Assembly: GCA_964610315.1 (NCBI GenBank)
Contig: CAZSVM010000010.1
Span: forward strand, 18,762 to 82,761
Reading direction: 5' to 3'
Source of the DNA: an uncultured Actinomycetota bacterium
GTDB taxonomy: Bacteria; Actinomycetota; Humimicrobiia; Humimicrobiales; Humimicrobiaceae
Length of the DNA stretch: 64,000 bases
Both the position numbers and the translations under genes were made by a program. The notes beneath the pieces were generated by a model. The model had not been told where the DNA came from and did not search any database. It saw only the letters and a list, made by a program, of their open reading frames with translations. Position 1 is the stretch's first letter; each line of letters starts with the position of its first letter. Positions 47,630 through 58,064 of the stretch are shown in pieces.

Positions 47630-49070
47630 AATATGGAAGGGCAGGATCGGTAAAAATATGAATAAAGAGGTGGAAAATTTTACCTTTTCTATAAAATCGG
47701 ATAAAAAACTTTATCTTTACGATATCAACGGCACTGCGGCTTATGCCATTGGACTTCTGAAAATTGGAATAATAACGGAAAGTGAACTCAAAAAAATCCT
47801 ATATGGATTAAAAAAAGTGAAGAAAGACATAGAAGAAGGTAAAATTGACGCTCATCTGTATGAGGATATTCACAGCCTGATTGAAAATGAATTAGGCATG
47901 ACTATTGGAAATGCTGCCATGAAAATCCATACCGGAAGGAGTAGAAACGATCAGATAGTTCTGGATGAAAAACTGTTTATAAAAGATGCGGTGATAGATG
48001 CACTGGGAAATATTATAGCTTTGCAGAAAAGTATTTTAAAAGTGGCACAAAATACATTGGATATAATTATTCCTGCTTATACTCATATGCAAAGAGCCCA
48101 GCCGGTATTACTATCACACTACTTAATGTCCTATTTTTATAAATTTGATCGGGATACCGAAAGTTTTTTCAATAGTTTTGAATCCAGTGATTCTCTACCT
48201 CTGGGAGCAGCAGCCTGTACCGGCAGCGGATATGAACTGGACAGGAAACTATTAAAAAAACTTCTTAAGTTTAAAAGACTTGACCCTAACAGTATGGATA
48301 CGGCAGGAAACAGGGATTTTATAATAGATTTTTTATTTTCATGCACCAAAATAATGATGCATTTGAGCAGATTTTGCGAGGATCTTATCTTATATAACAG
48401 CAGTGAGTTTTCATTTATTGAAATAGAGGAATCCTTTTGCACCGGCAGCAGTATTATGCCCCAGAAAAAAAATCCGGATATCCTGGAGCTAATAAGGGGG
48501 AAAAGCTCCCTGGTAATGGGAAATCTTCTGCAATTGATGATACTGCTTAAAGGGCTGCCGTCAACCTATAACCGGGACCTGCAGGAAGATAAAAAAATTT
48601 TATTCGGTGCCTGTAAAGAAACCATATCCTGTATTGATATATTTTCCAAATTAATGGAGAAAATAAAATTCAACCGGTTAAAAATTAAAGATTCCCTAAA
48701 AGAGGGTTTTCTGGAAGCCACCGATATGGCTGATTATCTGGTAAAGAAAGGAGAGAGTTTCAGGAAAGCTCATAATATCGTAGGTAAAATCATAAGTTTA
48801 TGTATAAATAAAAAAATATATTTCAGGGACATAAAACTGGAAGAGCTTAAAAAATACTCGTCTTATTTTGAAAGCGATGTATATAGCTATACCGATATTT
48901 GCTCCTGTATTTCCAATAAAAGCATTGATTGTGGTACCGAAAAGGGGCAGGTGATTTCCAATATCAACTCTGCAAAGAAAAAGATAAAAGATGTTCAGCA
49001 GAAGTTAAAAAATCTTACCAAAAGAATTCCTTCTTTTGAACAGCTGATAAGTTATACGGACAACCTGTAA
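47619..49070 (+). CDS. argH: argininosuccinate lyase
   Basis: Fumarate-lyase family signature GSSIMPQKKNP. Overlaps the argG end by 11 nt (translational coupling). Confidence 0.9.
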   Translation: MENKIWKGRIGKNMNKEVENFTFSIKSDKKLYLYDINGTAAYAIGLLKIGIITESELKKILYGLKKVKKDIEEGKIDAHLYEDIHSLIENELGMTIGNAAMKIHTGRSRNDQIVLDEKLFIKDAVIDALGNIIALQKSILKVAQNTLDIIIPAYTHMQRAQPVLLSHYLMSYFYKFDRDTESFFNSFESSDSLPLGAAACTGSGYELDRKLLKKLLKFKRLDPNSMDTAGNRDFIIDFLFSCTKIMMHLSRFCEDLILYNSSEFSFIEIEESFCTGSSIMPQKKNPDILELIRGKSSLVMGNLLQLMILLKGLPSTYNRDLQEDKKILFGACKETISCIDIFSKLMEKIKFNRLKIKDSLKEGFLEATDMADYLVKKGESFRKAHNIVGKIISLCINKKIYFRDIKLEELKKYSSYFESDVYSYTDICSCISNKSIDCGTEKGQVISNINSAKKKIKDVQQKLKNLTKRIPSFEQLISYTDNL

Positions 49071-49101
49071 AAATAATTGAAAATTTCTTTTTCCGTTACC
49101 A

Positions 49102-51423
49102 ATGAATAAAAATATTAAAAAATTGGAGTTAACTGCACCGGCTGGAGGTATGAATCAATTAATAGCGGCAGTTAATGCCGGAGCAGATTCTATCTATCTG
49201 GGTTATAGAAAATTTGGGGCCAGAGCTTATGCGGATAATTTTGATTTAAACCAGCTTAAAAAAGCAGTTATTTTTGCCCATGGCTATAATATAAAGATAT
49301 ATTTAACCCTGAATACACTTATAAAGGATAACCAGATAAAAGAGGTAATAGATTTCCTGAGGCAGTATACTGCTATTTGTACCGATGGAATTATTATACA
49401 GGATTTTTGTGTATATAAGATAATTAAGGACCTCTTCAAACCGGTACCTGTACATGCCAGTACCCAACTTAATCTTCATAACCTTTACTCATTAAAACTG
49501 ATAAAAGGACTCGGATTTAAAAGAGCCATCCTGACCAGGGAAATGACCTTGAGTGAAATAGAAAAATTATGTAAAGAAAGCCTGGTCGAAATAGAAATAT
49601 TTGCTCATGGCTCACAATGTTATTCATATTCAGGGAGCTGTTATTTCAGTTCATTTATAGGAGGGAGGAGTGGGAACCGGGGAAAATGCACGCAGCCCTG
49701 CAGAATGAAATATAAATTGCTAGAAATAATTAACGGAAAAAACAGTTATATTTCCACCGGAGAAGGCTATATTTTAAGTAAAAGTGATTTATATTTGCTG
49801 AATTTTATACCGCAGATAGCAGAGGCAGGAGTTGATGCATTAAAAATCGAGGGCAGAATGAAATCTGCGGAATATGTGGGTATGGTTACCAAAATTTACC
49901 GGAAGTATATAGATTTATATTACAGTAATCCCTTAAATTACAGGGTTGATGAGTATGACCAGTATAAACTTACCCAGATATTTTCCAGGGAATTGGGCAG
50001 CGGTTATATAAATGATGAATATCCGTCAAATATTATATCTTTAAAGAAATCCGGAAGTATTGGTAATTTTCTGGGCAGAGTTTACCGGATAGATTATGAA
50101 AATAAAGACAGCAGAAAAATAGAATATATCCATATCAGAAGCAGGTGGGAAATAAACAACGGGGATATTATCGAAATATGGACTAAAAAGGGAAACAGCA
50201 GAATAACTGTAAAGGATTTCAAAATATTGGATAAACAGGACAAAGAGTATAGATACAGGATTAAGGTTAACCGGATACAACATATTTTGGAAAAAGACAG
50301 AGTGTTTAAATTTTTTGATAAGAAGATAAATGAGGAAGCCAGTGCCTTATTTAAATACAATTCAAGTAAGAATAATTTTAAAGCTTCTTCTGTAATTTCA
50401 GGGGTAAAAATACATCCTCATGTGCCGGAGGGAAGTAAAATAGAGGACTATTTAAGTAAATATCTAGTTTGCCGGGAAAAAACGGATGTAAAAAAATTCC
50501 GAAATAAATTAGGCCTGATAGCTCGAGTATACAATTTTGAATTTATAGAGTCTTTAGTTAATTATGGAGTCAAGGGTGTGATATACAGTAATTTTAAAGA
50601 ATTAGTAAGCAGCAGAGGCTTTGAAAGTGATATGGTTAAATCTCTGAAGGCATGTAATGAAAATAAAAATATTATATTATGCATGGATACTCCACAAATC
50701 ATTTATGACCGTGATTTTATGTCAGTAAAAAATAACCTATCCAGGCTGCTTAATGAGGGGATTGTGAATTTCAGGGTATCCAATCCGGGGATGCTGGAAT
50801 TCCTGCTGGAAATGAATAAAAGTAGTAGGTCTGATATCAATATATATTTAAGCTCCCATTTCAATTTATTCAATACCCCGGCAGTGGTTTTTTTTAACGA
50901 ATTTACCGGCAAGAGAGGGAGTTTAAAAGGAGCGGAGCTTTCTGCGGAACTTAATCTAAATGAAGTTTCCAAGATAGTATCAAACATAGAAAATTTATAC
51001 CGGAACAAACCGGCACTTTCCATCATGGGCCATGGTTATGTCCAAATCATGAATTCCAGATATAAGCTGGAATTTATTACCGGTAAAAAAGAGGGAGGCA
51101 AGTTTTATATTGAAGATATAAAAGGTTACCGTTTTCCGGTTGATTCCGATTATAACCATAATATTATGATTTTTAATTCAAAGAATATATGTACCTTGTT
51201 TGATCTGGAAAAAATAAAAGAGAGCGGAATAAGCAGCATAATTATAGACAGCTGCTTTTACAATGAAAAAGATTTCTTTAAAATTCTAAAAAATTACCGG
51301 GAAGCCATAAATATACTTTATGATAAGGGTATTGAAAAATATAAGAACTTTGTTTCATACCTAAAGAACGATAAACTTTTTTCGAATTATTCCAGGGGAC
51401 ATCTATTCCGGGGGGTAGAGTAA
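49102..51423 (+). CDS. peptidase U32 family protein (long form with C-terminal extension)
   Basis: N-terminal LELTAPAGGMNQLIAAVNAGADSIYLGY and U32 signature E...GxDAxxIxD, plus Cys cluster CTQPC. 773 aa. Confidence 0.8.
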   Translation: MNKNIKKLELTAPAGGMNQLIAAVNAGADSIYLGYRKFGARAYADNFDLNQLKKAVIFAHGYNIKIYLTLNTLIKDNQIKEVIDFLRQYTAICTDGIIIQDFCVYKIIKDLFKPVPVHASTQLNLHNLYSLKLIKGLGFKRAILTREMTLSEIEKLCKESLVEIEIFAHGSQCYSYSGSCYFSSFIGGRSGNRGKCTQPCRMKYKLLEIINGKNSYISTGEGYILSKSDLYLLNFIPQIAEAGVDALKIEGRMKSAEYVGMVTKIYRKYIDLYYSNPLNYRVDEYDQYKLTQIFSRELGSGYINDEYPSNIISLKKSGSIGNFLGRVYRIDYENKDSRKIEYIHIRSRWEINNGDIIEIWTKKGNSRITVKDFKILDKQDKEYRYRIKVNRIQHILEKDRVFKFFDKKINEEASALFKYNSSKNNFKASSVISGVKIHPHVPEGSKIEDYLSKYLVCREKTDVKKFRNKLGLIARVYNFEFIESLVNYGVKGVIYSNFKELVSSRGFESDMVKSLKACNENKNIILCMDTPQIIYDRDFMSVKNNLSRLLNEGIVNFRVSNPGMLEFLLEMNKSSRSDINIYLSSHFNLFNTPAVVFFNEFTGKRGSLKGAELSAELNLNEVSKIVSNIENLYRNKPALSIMGHGYVQIMNSRYKLEFITGKKEGGKFYIEDIKGYRFPVDSDYNHNIMIFNSKNICTLFDLEKIKESGISSIIIDSCFYNEKDFFKILKNYREAINILYDKGIEKYKNFVSYLKNDKLFSNYSRGHLFRGVE

Positions 51424-51450
51424 GTAGAATATTCAATATCCGTATTTTTG

Positions 51451-54267
51451 TTATTTTATTTCTATAATAACTGTAGAGCCGTAGTTAAGATATTCGCCAG
51501 CTCCCGGTATCTGATTTGAAACTTCTCCGGTATCGGAGGAATCGGGAGAAATTACAACTGTAAAACCGGCACTTTCCAGTTCGGTTACGGCATCTTCTTT
51601 AGTCATATTTATAACATCAGGTACTTCTATACCCATGCTTACTTTGATGATTATTTCAAATGTTTTATCATAAAGGGTCCCCTCTACCGGTGTCTGGGAA
51701 AATACTTTATCTATTTCTTCTTCACTTTCTTCCGTAATTACAGTAACATTATCAAATCCTAATTCACTCATCGCTTCAATTGCCTCTTCTTCGGTCATGC
51801 CGATTACATCAGGTATTAAGGCTTCAGGATTTTCACCTTTACTTACATATAAGGTTACCGCCGTTGATTTGAAAACCATCGAATCGGGGACAGGATTCTG
51901 ATGTATTACATTATCCTGAGGCTGAATATCACTAAATTCATATATTATTTCATCCACTGACAGCTCCAGATCTTCTAAAAGCTGCGTTGCATCGTTTAAA
52001 TTCATTCCGGTAAGGTCAGGCATATTGAAAGTTTTTTTACCTTTGCTTATGTATAGAGTTATGCTTAATTTTTCTCCTTCCAGTGATTCAACTATGGTTC
52101 CTGCTTCCGGTTCCTGTTTAAAAACAATATCCTGATTATATACCTCATCGAAATCATGAATTTCCTCCACTACAAAATTTAAATCTTCAAATAAGACTCT
52201 TGCTTCTTCTTCATTCATCCCTACAACATCGGGAACCTCAACTTTATTATGTATATTACAGATTTCTTCAGGTTCCTCACCTTTAATAAATATTTTCCAC
52301 TGGTTAGTTTCTTCCGGGCACCAGAATGTAGTCAGCAGATTGGATATAGTACAAATTTTAACATCGATAAGTTCCTTGTCCGGTTTTTGAAAATCAGATA
52401 TGGGTAAACCTTCCAGTGCCGAGGACATGAATTCCCTCCATATATCTGCCGGATAAGTTCCGCCAACCACTGTTCTGCCGTTTATAGGTTCCATTGGCTG
52501 ATTGGAATCGGAGTAACCCATCCATACTACGGCAACCAGTTCCGGTGTATAACCAGCAAACCAGGCATCTTTAAAATCACTGGTGGTACCTGTTTTTCCG
52601 GCGGCCGGTCTTCCTATATTGGCACCTTTACCGGTTCCGCTTTCTATAACTTTTTTTAAGATCTGGGTAATATAGTATGCTTCCGGTTTTTCCAGAATTT
52701 TTTTGTTTGCTTCGTTTTTATCGGGATCATATTCATATAATATATTACCCTGAGCATCTTCTATTTTTAATATGCATACAGGCTGCCGGTAGAATCCGCC
52801 GGAAGCAAGGGTTGAGAAAATTTTACTTACATCAAGGGGAGTTATACCGGTTTCCAGCCCACCCAGAGCGATTGCCGGGTTGCTTCCGATGTCATATATT
52901 TCCATATCACTCAAAAGGTTTTCCACATTTTTAGCTCCGACTTCCATCATAAGCTGGGCATATACTACGTTAACCGAATTTATGGTGCCGTCTACTACCG
53001 ACATCTTATCCGTATTGAATTTCTGCTCACCATAGTTATCAACCTTCCAGTCCGGGCCTTGTTCCATATCTATAGTGATAGGTCCGTTGGGATTAAAAGT
53101 ATTATTGGGGGAAATGTGCTGCTTTATGGATTCCATCAGAACTGGGACCTTAAATACGGAACCAGGCTGTCTTTTACCCTGTATGGCTATATTGAATTTG
53201 GAGGTGTTATAATCTTTTCCTCCAATGAGAGAATAAATATATCCATTTTTAGGATCAGTGCAAACCAGTGAATAGGAAGGGGCAATATCTTCAGGAAAGA
53301 CTTTTTTAAATGCATCTTCTGCTTTTTTCTGCAAATCGATATCCAGGGTGGTGTAAATACGGAGTCCTCCTTTAAAAACATCATAATCGGTAAATTTCTG
53401 GTCATATAAATTTCGTTTTACATAATCTATGAAATAAGGAGCAATTCTGCTTTCCGATTGTCCGGAACCGGCAACCAAATTTTTATTTATTTCAACTGGT
53501 GCAGCGAGAGCATCAAGATATTCAGAAGTGCCAATTAATTCCTGCTCGTACATAAGCTGCAGTACCAGATCCCTTCTTAGTTTTGCTTTTTCCATATCAT
53601 TGAATGGAGAATATAATTCGGGAGCCCTTACCAGACCGGCAAGCAATGCAGCCTGTGGAAGAGTCAGATCACTGGAATCCACTCCGAAATATATTTCGGC
53701 TGCTTTTTCTATTCCATATGCTCCCGTACCGAAATTTATGGTATTCAGATACATTTCCAGAATTTTATTTTTGGTATAGTTCCTTTCCAGCTGAATGGCG
53801 ATTAGAGCTTCATTTATTTTTCTGCGGAATGTCTTTTCGGGACTGAAATAGATATTTTTTACATATTGCTGGGTAATAGTACTGGCTCCCTGAGCCAGCT
53901 CTCCTGTTTTTATATCGGCTATTAAAGCTCCAAAAATCCTTATATAATCCACTCCCTGGTGCTCAAAGAATCTCTTATCTTCAACGGCAACAATAGCATC
54001 CCTGATATAGGGAGACATGTCATTAAAAGAAATTATTTCTCTATTTTCCTCGGCATGAAATTCGGTTATTAAAGTACCGTCAATGGCATAAACTTTGGAA
54101 GTCTGGGCAATGGGTGAGGGAGTAAGTTCTTCCAGAGTAGGGAGAGTGTTAAGGTAGTAAAAAACTACTGCTATACTGCTTACCAATATAATGGAAATAA
54201 AGACTGCTGCGGCTATTAAAAAAATTTTCAGACAGCCGCCTAATTTTTTTCGCCTGGGAGCCATCAA
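51451..54267 (-). CDS. penicillin-binding protein 1A (bifunctional transglycosylase/transpeptidase) with four C-terminal PASTA domains
   Basis: GT51 motifs (EDKRFFEHQGVD, RKINEALIA), transpeptidase SxxK/SxN/KTG (KTGTTSD), and four tandem repeats of the VPDVxGM..EEA...L...GF type at the C-terminus. Confidence 0.85.
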   Translation of the reverse strand: MMAPRRKKLGGCLKIFLIAAAVFISIILVSSIAVVFYYLNTLPTLEELTPSPIAQTSKVYAIDGTLITEFHAEENREIISFNDMSPYIRDAIVAVEDKRFFEHQGVDYIRIFGALIADIKTGELAQGASTITQQYVKNIYFSPEKTFRRKINEALIAIQLERNYTKNKILEMYLNTINFGTGAYGIEKAAEIYFGVDSSDLTLPQAALLAGLVRAPELYSPFNDMEKAKLRRDLVLQLMYEQELIGTSEYLDALAAPVEINKNLVAGSGQSESRIAPYFIDYVKRNLYDQKFTDYDVFKGGLRIYTTLDIDLQKKAEDAFKKVFPEDIAPSYSLVCTDPKNGYIYSLIGGKDYNTSKFNIAIQGKRQPGSVFKVPVLMESIKQHISPNNTFNPNGPITIDMEQGPDWKVDNYGEQKFNTDKMSVVDGTINSVNVVYAQLMMEVGAKNVENLLSDMEIYDIGSNPAIALGGLETGITPLDVSKIFSTLASGGFYRQPVCILKIEDAQGNILYEYDPDKNEANKKILEKPEAYYITQILKKVIESGTGKGANIGRPAAGKTGTTSDFKDAWFAGYTPELVAVVWMGYSDSNQPMEPINGRTVVGGTYPADIWREFMSSALEGLPISDFQKPDKELIDVKICTISNLLTTFWCPEETNQWKIFIKGEEPEEICNIHNKVEVPDVVGMNEEEARVLFEDLNFVVEEIHDFDEVYNQDIVFKQEPEAGTIVESLEGEKLSITLYISKGKKTFNMPDLTGMNLNDATQLLEDLELSVDEIIYEFSDIQPQDNVIHQNPVPDSMVFKSTAVTLYVSKGENPEALIPDVIGMTEEEAIEAMSELGFDNVTVITEESEEEIDKVFSQTPVEGTLYDKTFEIIIKVSMGIEVPDVINMTKEDAVTELESAGFTVVISPDSSDTGEVSNQIPGAGEYLNYGSTVIIEIK

Positions 54268-54473
54268 AAAAGTTCACCTTTTAATTATTTATAATATTTC
54301 CAGATTACAATCTAGGAAATTTTATAAGAAATTCTGTTAAATAACAATACAGCCATAATATAAAACCGAAAACAGCAGAAAAGGATAAATCCTTAAAATA
54401 GACATAGGGATAACTGTTGTGTTAATATTTAATCTAATTTTTCAAATTATAAATTATTGCCGGAAAGAGTGGT

Positions 54474-55709
54474 ATGGAAAAAAATTTAAAAAGACAGCTT
54501 GATGTAATTGTATCAGGAGCCGAAGATATCCTGGTAAAAGAAGAACTTAAATCCAGAATAGAAAAGTCAATAGCTGAAAATCGGCCCCTAAAAGTTAAAC
54601 TGGGACTGGATCCCACTGCTCCCGATATCCATCTTGGCCATACCGTGGTTCTTAATAAATTACGTCAGTTCCAGAATCTGGGTCATAAAGCTATTTTAAT
54701 TATAGGTGATTATACAGCGAGAATAGGAGATCCTTCCGGCAGATCTACTTTACGGCCCAAATTATCTGATGAAGTTATAGAAAAAAATGCAAAGACCTAT
54801 ATGGAACAGGCATTTAAAATTCTTATTCCTGAAGAAACCGAAGTGGTTAAAAATTCCAAGTGGCTCCACCATTTGAGATTCGATGATATTCTGAATTTGA
54901 CCTCCAGATTCACCGTAGCCAGAATGCTGGAAAGGGATGATTTCAAAAAAAGATATAAAAATAATGTGCCCATAGCTATTATGGAGTTTCTTTACCCGGT
55001 GATGCAGGCCTATGACTCCGTTGCCATTGAAGCCGATGTAGAACTGGGTGGAACCGATCAAAGGTTTAATTTGCTGATGGGAAGAGAGTTACAGAAAGAG
55101 TTGGGCCAGAAACAACAAATTGCTATTACTATGCCCATTTTGGTGGGTACCGATGGGATTGAAAAAATGAGTAAAAGTCTGGGAAATTATATAGGGGTTT
55201 ATGAGCCCCCGGGCGAAATTTTCGGTAAGATAATGTCCATACCGGACAGCATTATGATCGATTATTTTAAGCTTTTAACCACCATGGAAGAAAGGGAAAT
55301 TAAAGAGATTGAAAATAATATAAAAAATAATAGATTGAATCCCTCTGTAGCTAAAAGAAATCTGGCAAAAATAATCATAGAAAATTTATATTCTGGAAAG
55401 GAAGCTTTAAAAGCAGAGAAAAATTTTGATTTAATCTTTAAGAAAAAGAAAGTCCCGGAAAAAATTGAAAAGTATATTATAAATTCAAAGGATATAAAGG
55501 ATAAAAAAATAAGTATAGTTCAGATACTTTTTGATTCCGGCCTGGCAAGCTCCAATGGCCAGGCCAGAAGATTGATATCCCAGGGAGGAATTAAAGTTGA
55601 TAATAAGAGGATAAACGATCCCGGCACCGAGTTTGATTTTGATGATATAAATAACAAAGTGATACAAAAAGGAAAAAGACATTTTAGAAGGATAATAATT
55701 AAAAAATAA
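54474..55709 (+). CDS. tyrS: tyrosine--tRNA ligase
   Basis: HIGH motif (PDIHLGHTV), KMSKS (KMSKSLGN), and C-terminal S4 domain. Confidence 0.9.
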   Translation: MEKNLKRQLDVIVSGAEDILVKEELKSRIEKSIAENRPLKVKLGLDPTAPDIHLGHTVVLNKLRQFQNLGHKAILIIGDYTARIGDPSGRSTLRPKLSDEVIEKNAKTYMEQAFKILIPEETEVVKNSKWLHHLRFDDILNLTSRFTVARMLERDDFKKRYKNNVPIAIMEFLYPVMQAYDSVAIEADVELGGTDQRFNLLMGRELQKELGQKQQIAITMPILVGTDGIEKMSKSLGNYIGVYEPPGEIFGKIMSIPDSIMIDYFKLLTTMEEREIKEIENNIKNNRLNPSVAKRNLAKIIIENLYSGKEALKAEKNFDLIFKKKKVPEKIEKYIINSKDIKDKKISIVQILFDSGLASSNGQARRLISQGGIKVDNKRINDPGTEFDFDDINNKVIQKGKRHFRRIIIKK

Positions 55710-55711
55710 AT

Positions 55712-56053
55712 ATGCATGAATATTCCATAACCTGCTCTATTGTTGAAATATTAAATGATTTAATAAAGAAACATAATATAAAAAAATTAAAAAAGGTAAA
55801 TTTTGAATTGGGCCCACTTGCTCATCTGGAACCCCAATCGATAGAGTTTTATTATAATTTTCTTACAGAAGATAATCCTATCTTGAAAAATGCAAATCTT
55901 AATTTTAAGAAAAATAAAGTAAAGATAGAGTGCAGATCCTGCGGTAAAACCTTCCAGTCAAAAACTTTTGTTTCCAGGTGTATTTATTGTTCGGGAGATA
56001 AAATAAGAATAGTGGAATCCGATGATATCAAAATAGTTTCTATAGAAACATAG
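55712..56053 (+). CDS. hypA: hydrogenase maturation nickel metallochaperone HypA-like zinc-ribbon protein
   Basis: MHEYSITCSIVE N-terminal Ni-binding motif (MHE) and two CxxC pairs (CRSCG...CIYCSG) at the HypA spacing. 113 aa. Confidence 0.65.
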   Translation: MHEYSITCSIVEILNDLIKKHNIKKLKKVNFELGPLAHLEPQSIEFYYNFLTEDNPILKNANLNFKKNKVKIECRSCGKTFQSKTFVSRCIYCSGDKIRIVESDDIKIVSIET

Positions 56054-56475
56054 TATTATTTAATTAATAAGTATAAATAGAATTTGAGTGATGAACGAAG
56101 CAGGTTAATTTATATTGACTTAAACCAGTGCTATAGTTAAAATAAAAACAATTAATGTTAATAATAAAAGTTGCTTGATTTATAAATTAATTTGCGCAGG
56201 TAAGGTAATATTTTAGGTCGTATTATTAGCGATAGAAATACATTTTAATGTAAAAAAGATGATTTCAGAATTTGGCTATAGATGTTATTTTAATTATTTC
56301 AGTTGCTAATGATAATTTTATTAAAACTATAAAAAAGGGAGTTAATTTAACACTCTGTTTTATATAAAAAAATTAGAATATTTACTTTTTAAAAGCGGGA
56401 AGCTGCGTTTTATAATGTAAATATTGGATTTTAATAATTATTGAGGATATTTAGTCAGTGCGAATTAATTTATAA

Positions 56476-56500
56476 GTCGAGTGGTTAACTCGGCTTTTTT
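56476..56500 (+). terminator. terminator-like hairpin (GTCGAG-TGGTTAA-CTCGGC) plus T6ATTT, about 25 nt upstream of the rny RBS
   Basis: Stem with one G-U pair and a T-run, read from sequence. Closes a 470-nt ORF-free AT-rich region. Confidence 0.4.
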
Positions 56501-56522
56501 ATTTGGAAGGAAGGTTTGCAAA

Positions 56523-58064
56523 ATGGATTTATTAATAAGAATAGCGGCGCTGGGAATTGCATTCATAGTGGGCGGCTTGATGGGTTTTTTCTTTAGAAAA
56601 TATATCATAGATTCAAAGTTAAGTTCAGCAGAACAGAAAGCAAATTCATTACTCAGCAATGCTAAAAAGGAAGCAGCTACATTAAAAAAAGAAATTATGC
56701 TGGAAGGTAAAGAAGAAATTCAAAATTTGAAAACCCATGCCGAAGAAGAAATAAAGAAACAAAAATTCGAGCTTAAAAAAAGAGAGGATAGATTGTTATC
56801 CAGGGAGGATTCCATAGAGAAAAAGACTCATTATGTAGAAAAGAAAGAGCAGGAAGTAAACCAGAGAAAAGAGGAACTTGAAGGTAAAAATAAAAAATTG
56901 GACGAGGTATTAGATAAGGAAATACTGAGGCTGGAAGCTATTGCCGAACTGACCAAGGAAGAAGCAAAAGCAATTCTGATTAAGAAAATAGAAGATGAAG
57001 CAAAATATGAATCCGTAAAAGAATTAAAAAATATCGAAGCAAAGTTAAAAGAGGAAGCGGATACCATGGCAAAAAAAGTAATATCTCAAGCCATACAGAG
57101 ATGCGCACTTGATCATGTAAGTGAATCTACAGTATCGGTAGTAAATTTACCCAATGATGAGATGAAGGGAAGAATAATAGGAAGAGAGGGAAGGAATATT
57201 AGAGTTTTTGAGAATCTTACCGGTATAAATATAATCGTTGATGACACTCCTGAAGCAGTGATTCTGTCATCTTTTGATCCGGTGAGAAGGGAAATTGCCA
57301 GAGTAACTCTGGAAAATCTGATAATGGATGGAAGAATTCATCCGGCTAAAATCGAAGAAATGTATGAAAAAGCCAGCAAAATTATCAATAACGAGATAAA
57401 AGTAGAAGGCGAGCAGGCTGTTTTTGATGCAGGGATATCGGAATTGAATCCGGGAATAGTAAAAGTACTGGGAAGGCTAAAATACAGAACCAGTTATGGA
57501 CAGAATGTTCTCCTTCATTCCAAGGAAGTTGCTTATATTGCCGGGATAATTGCATCCGAACTGGGTATGAATGTTAAAAAGGCCAAAAGGGCCGGCCTGC
57601 TTCATGATATAGGAAAGGCTCTAACTCATGATATAGAAGGGTCACATGCAATAATCGGAGCGGAACTGGCTAAAAGATTGAATGAAGAAGAAGAAGTATG
57701 CCATGCCATTAAAGCACATCACAACGAAATAGAAGCAAGCACGGTACTGGATGTAATTATACAGGCGGCAGATCAGATATCAGGCGGAAGGCCCGGCGCA
57801 CGAAGAGAAACCCTGGAAAGCTATGTAAAAAGGCTGGAAAGTCTGGAGAAAATTGCCACAGAATTTAAGGGTATAGAGAAGGCATACGCTATACAGGCCG
57901 GAAGAGAAATAAGGGTAATGGTTAAACCAGAAGAGGTTAACGAGGATATGTCCATTGTTCTGGCCAGGGAGATAGCAAGAGAAATAGAGAAAGAAATGGA
58001 GTATCCGGGACAGATTAAAGTAACGGTCATAAGAGAAAGCAGAGCAGTCGAGTATGCAAAATAG
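56523..58064 (+). CDS. rny: ribonuclease Y
   Basis: N-terminal TM helix ([22 protein letters not shown]), coiled-coil, KH domain ([12 protein letters not shown]) and HD domain (LLHDIGKA...H...D). Start at ATG 56523 with GGAAGGAAGG RBS. Confidence 0.9.
   Translation: MDLLIRIAALGIAFIVGGLMGFFFRKYIIDSKLSSAEQKANSLLSNAKKEAATLKKEIMLEGKEEIQNLKTHAEEEIKKQKFELKKREDRLLSREDSIEKKTHYVEKKEQEVNQRKEELEGKNKKLDEVLDKEILRLEAIAELTKEEAKAILIKKIEDEAKYESVKELKNIEAKLKEEADTMAKKVISQAIQRCALDHVSESTVSVVNLPNDEMKGRIIGREGRNIRVFENLTGINIIVDDTPEAVILSSFDPVRREIARVTLENLIMDGRIHPAKIEEMYEKASKIINNEIKVEGEQAVFDAGISELNPGIVKVLGRLKYRTSYGQNVLLHSKEVAYIAGIIASELGMNVKKAKRAGLLHDIGKALTHDIEGSHAIIGAELAKRLNEEEEVCHAIKAHHNEIEASTVLDVIIQAADQISGGRPGARRETLESYVKRLESLEKIATEFKGIEKAYAIQAGREIRVMVKPEEVNEDMSIVLAREIAREIEKEMEYPGQIKVTVIRESRAVEYAK

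Noticed and set aside
54268-54473. Possible T-box leader upstream of tyrS (and similarly upstream of thrS, 21868..21956)
   Set aside because: I looked for the conserved T-box sequence (AATTAGGGTGGTACCGCG-like) and a specifier/antiterminator arrangement. No such motif is present, and the thrS spacer is only ~90 nt.
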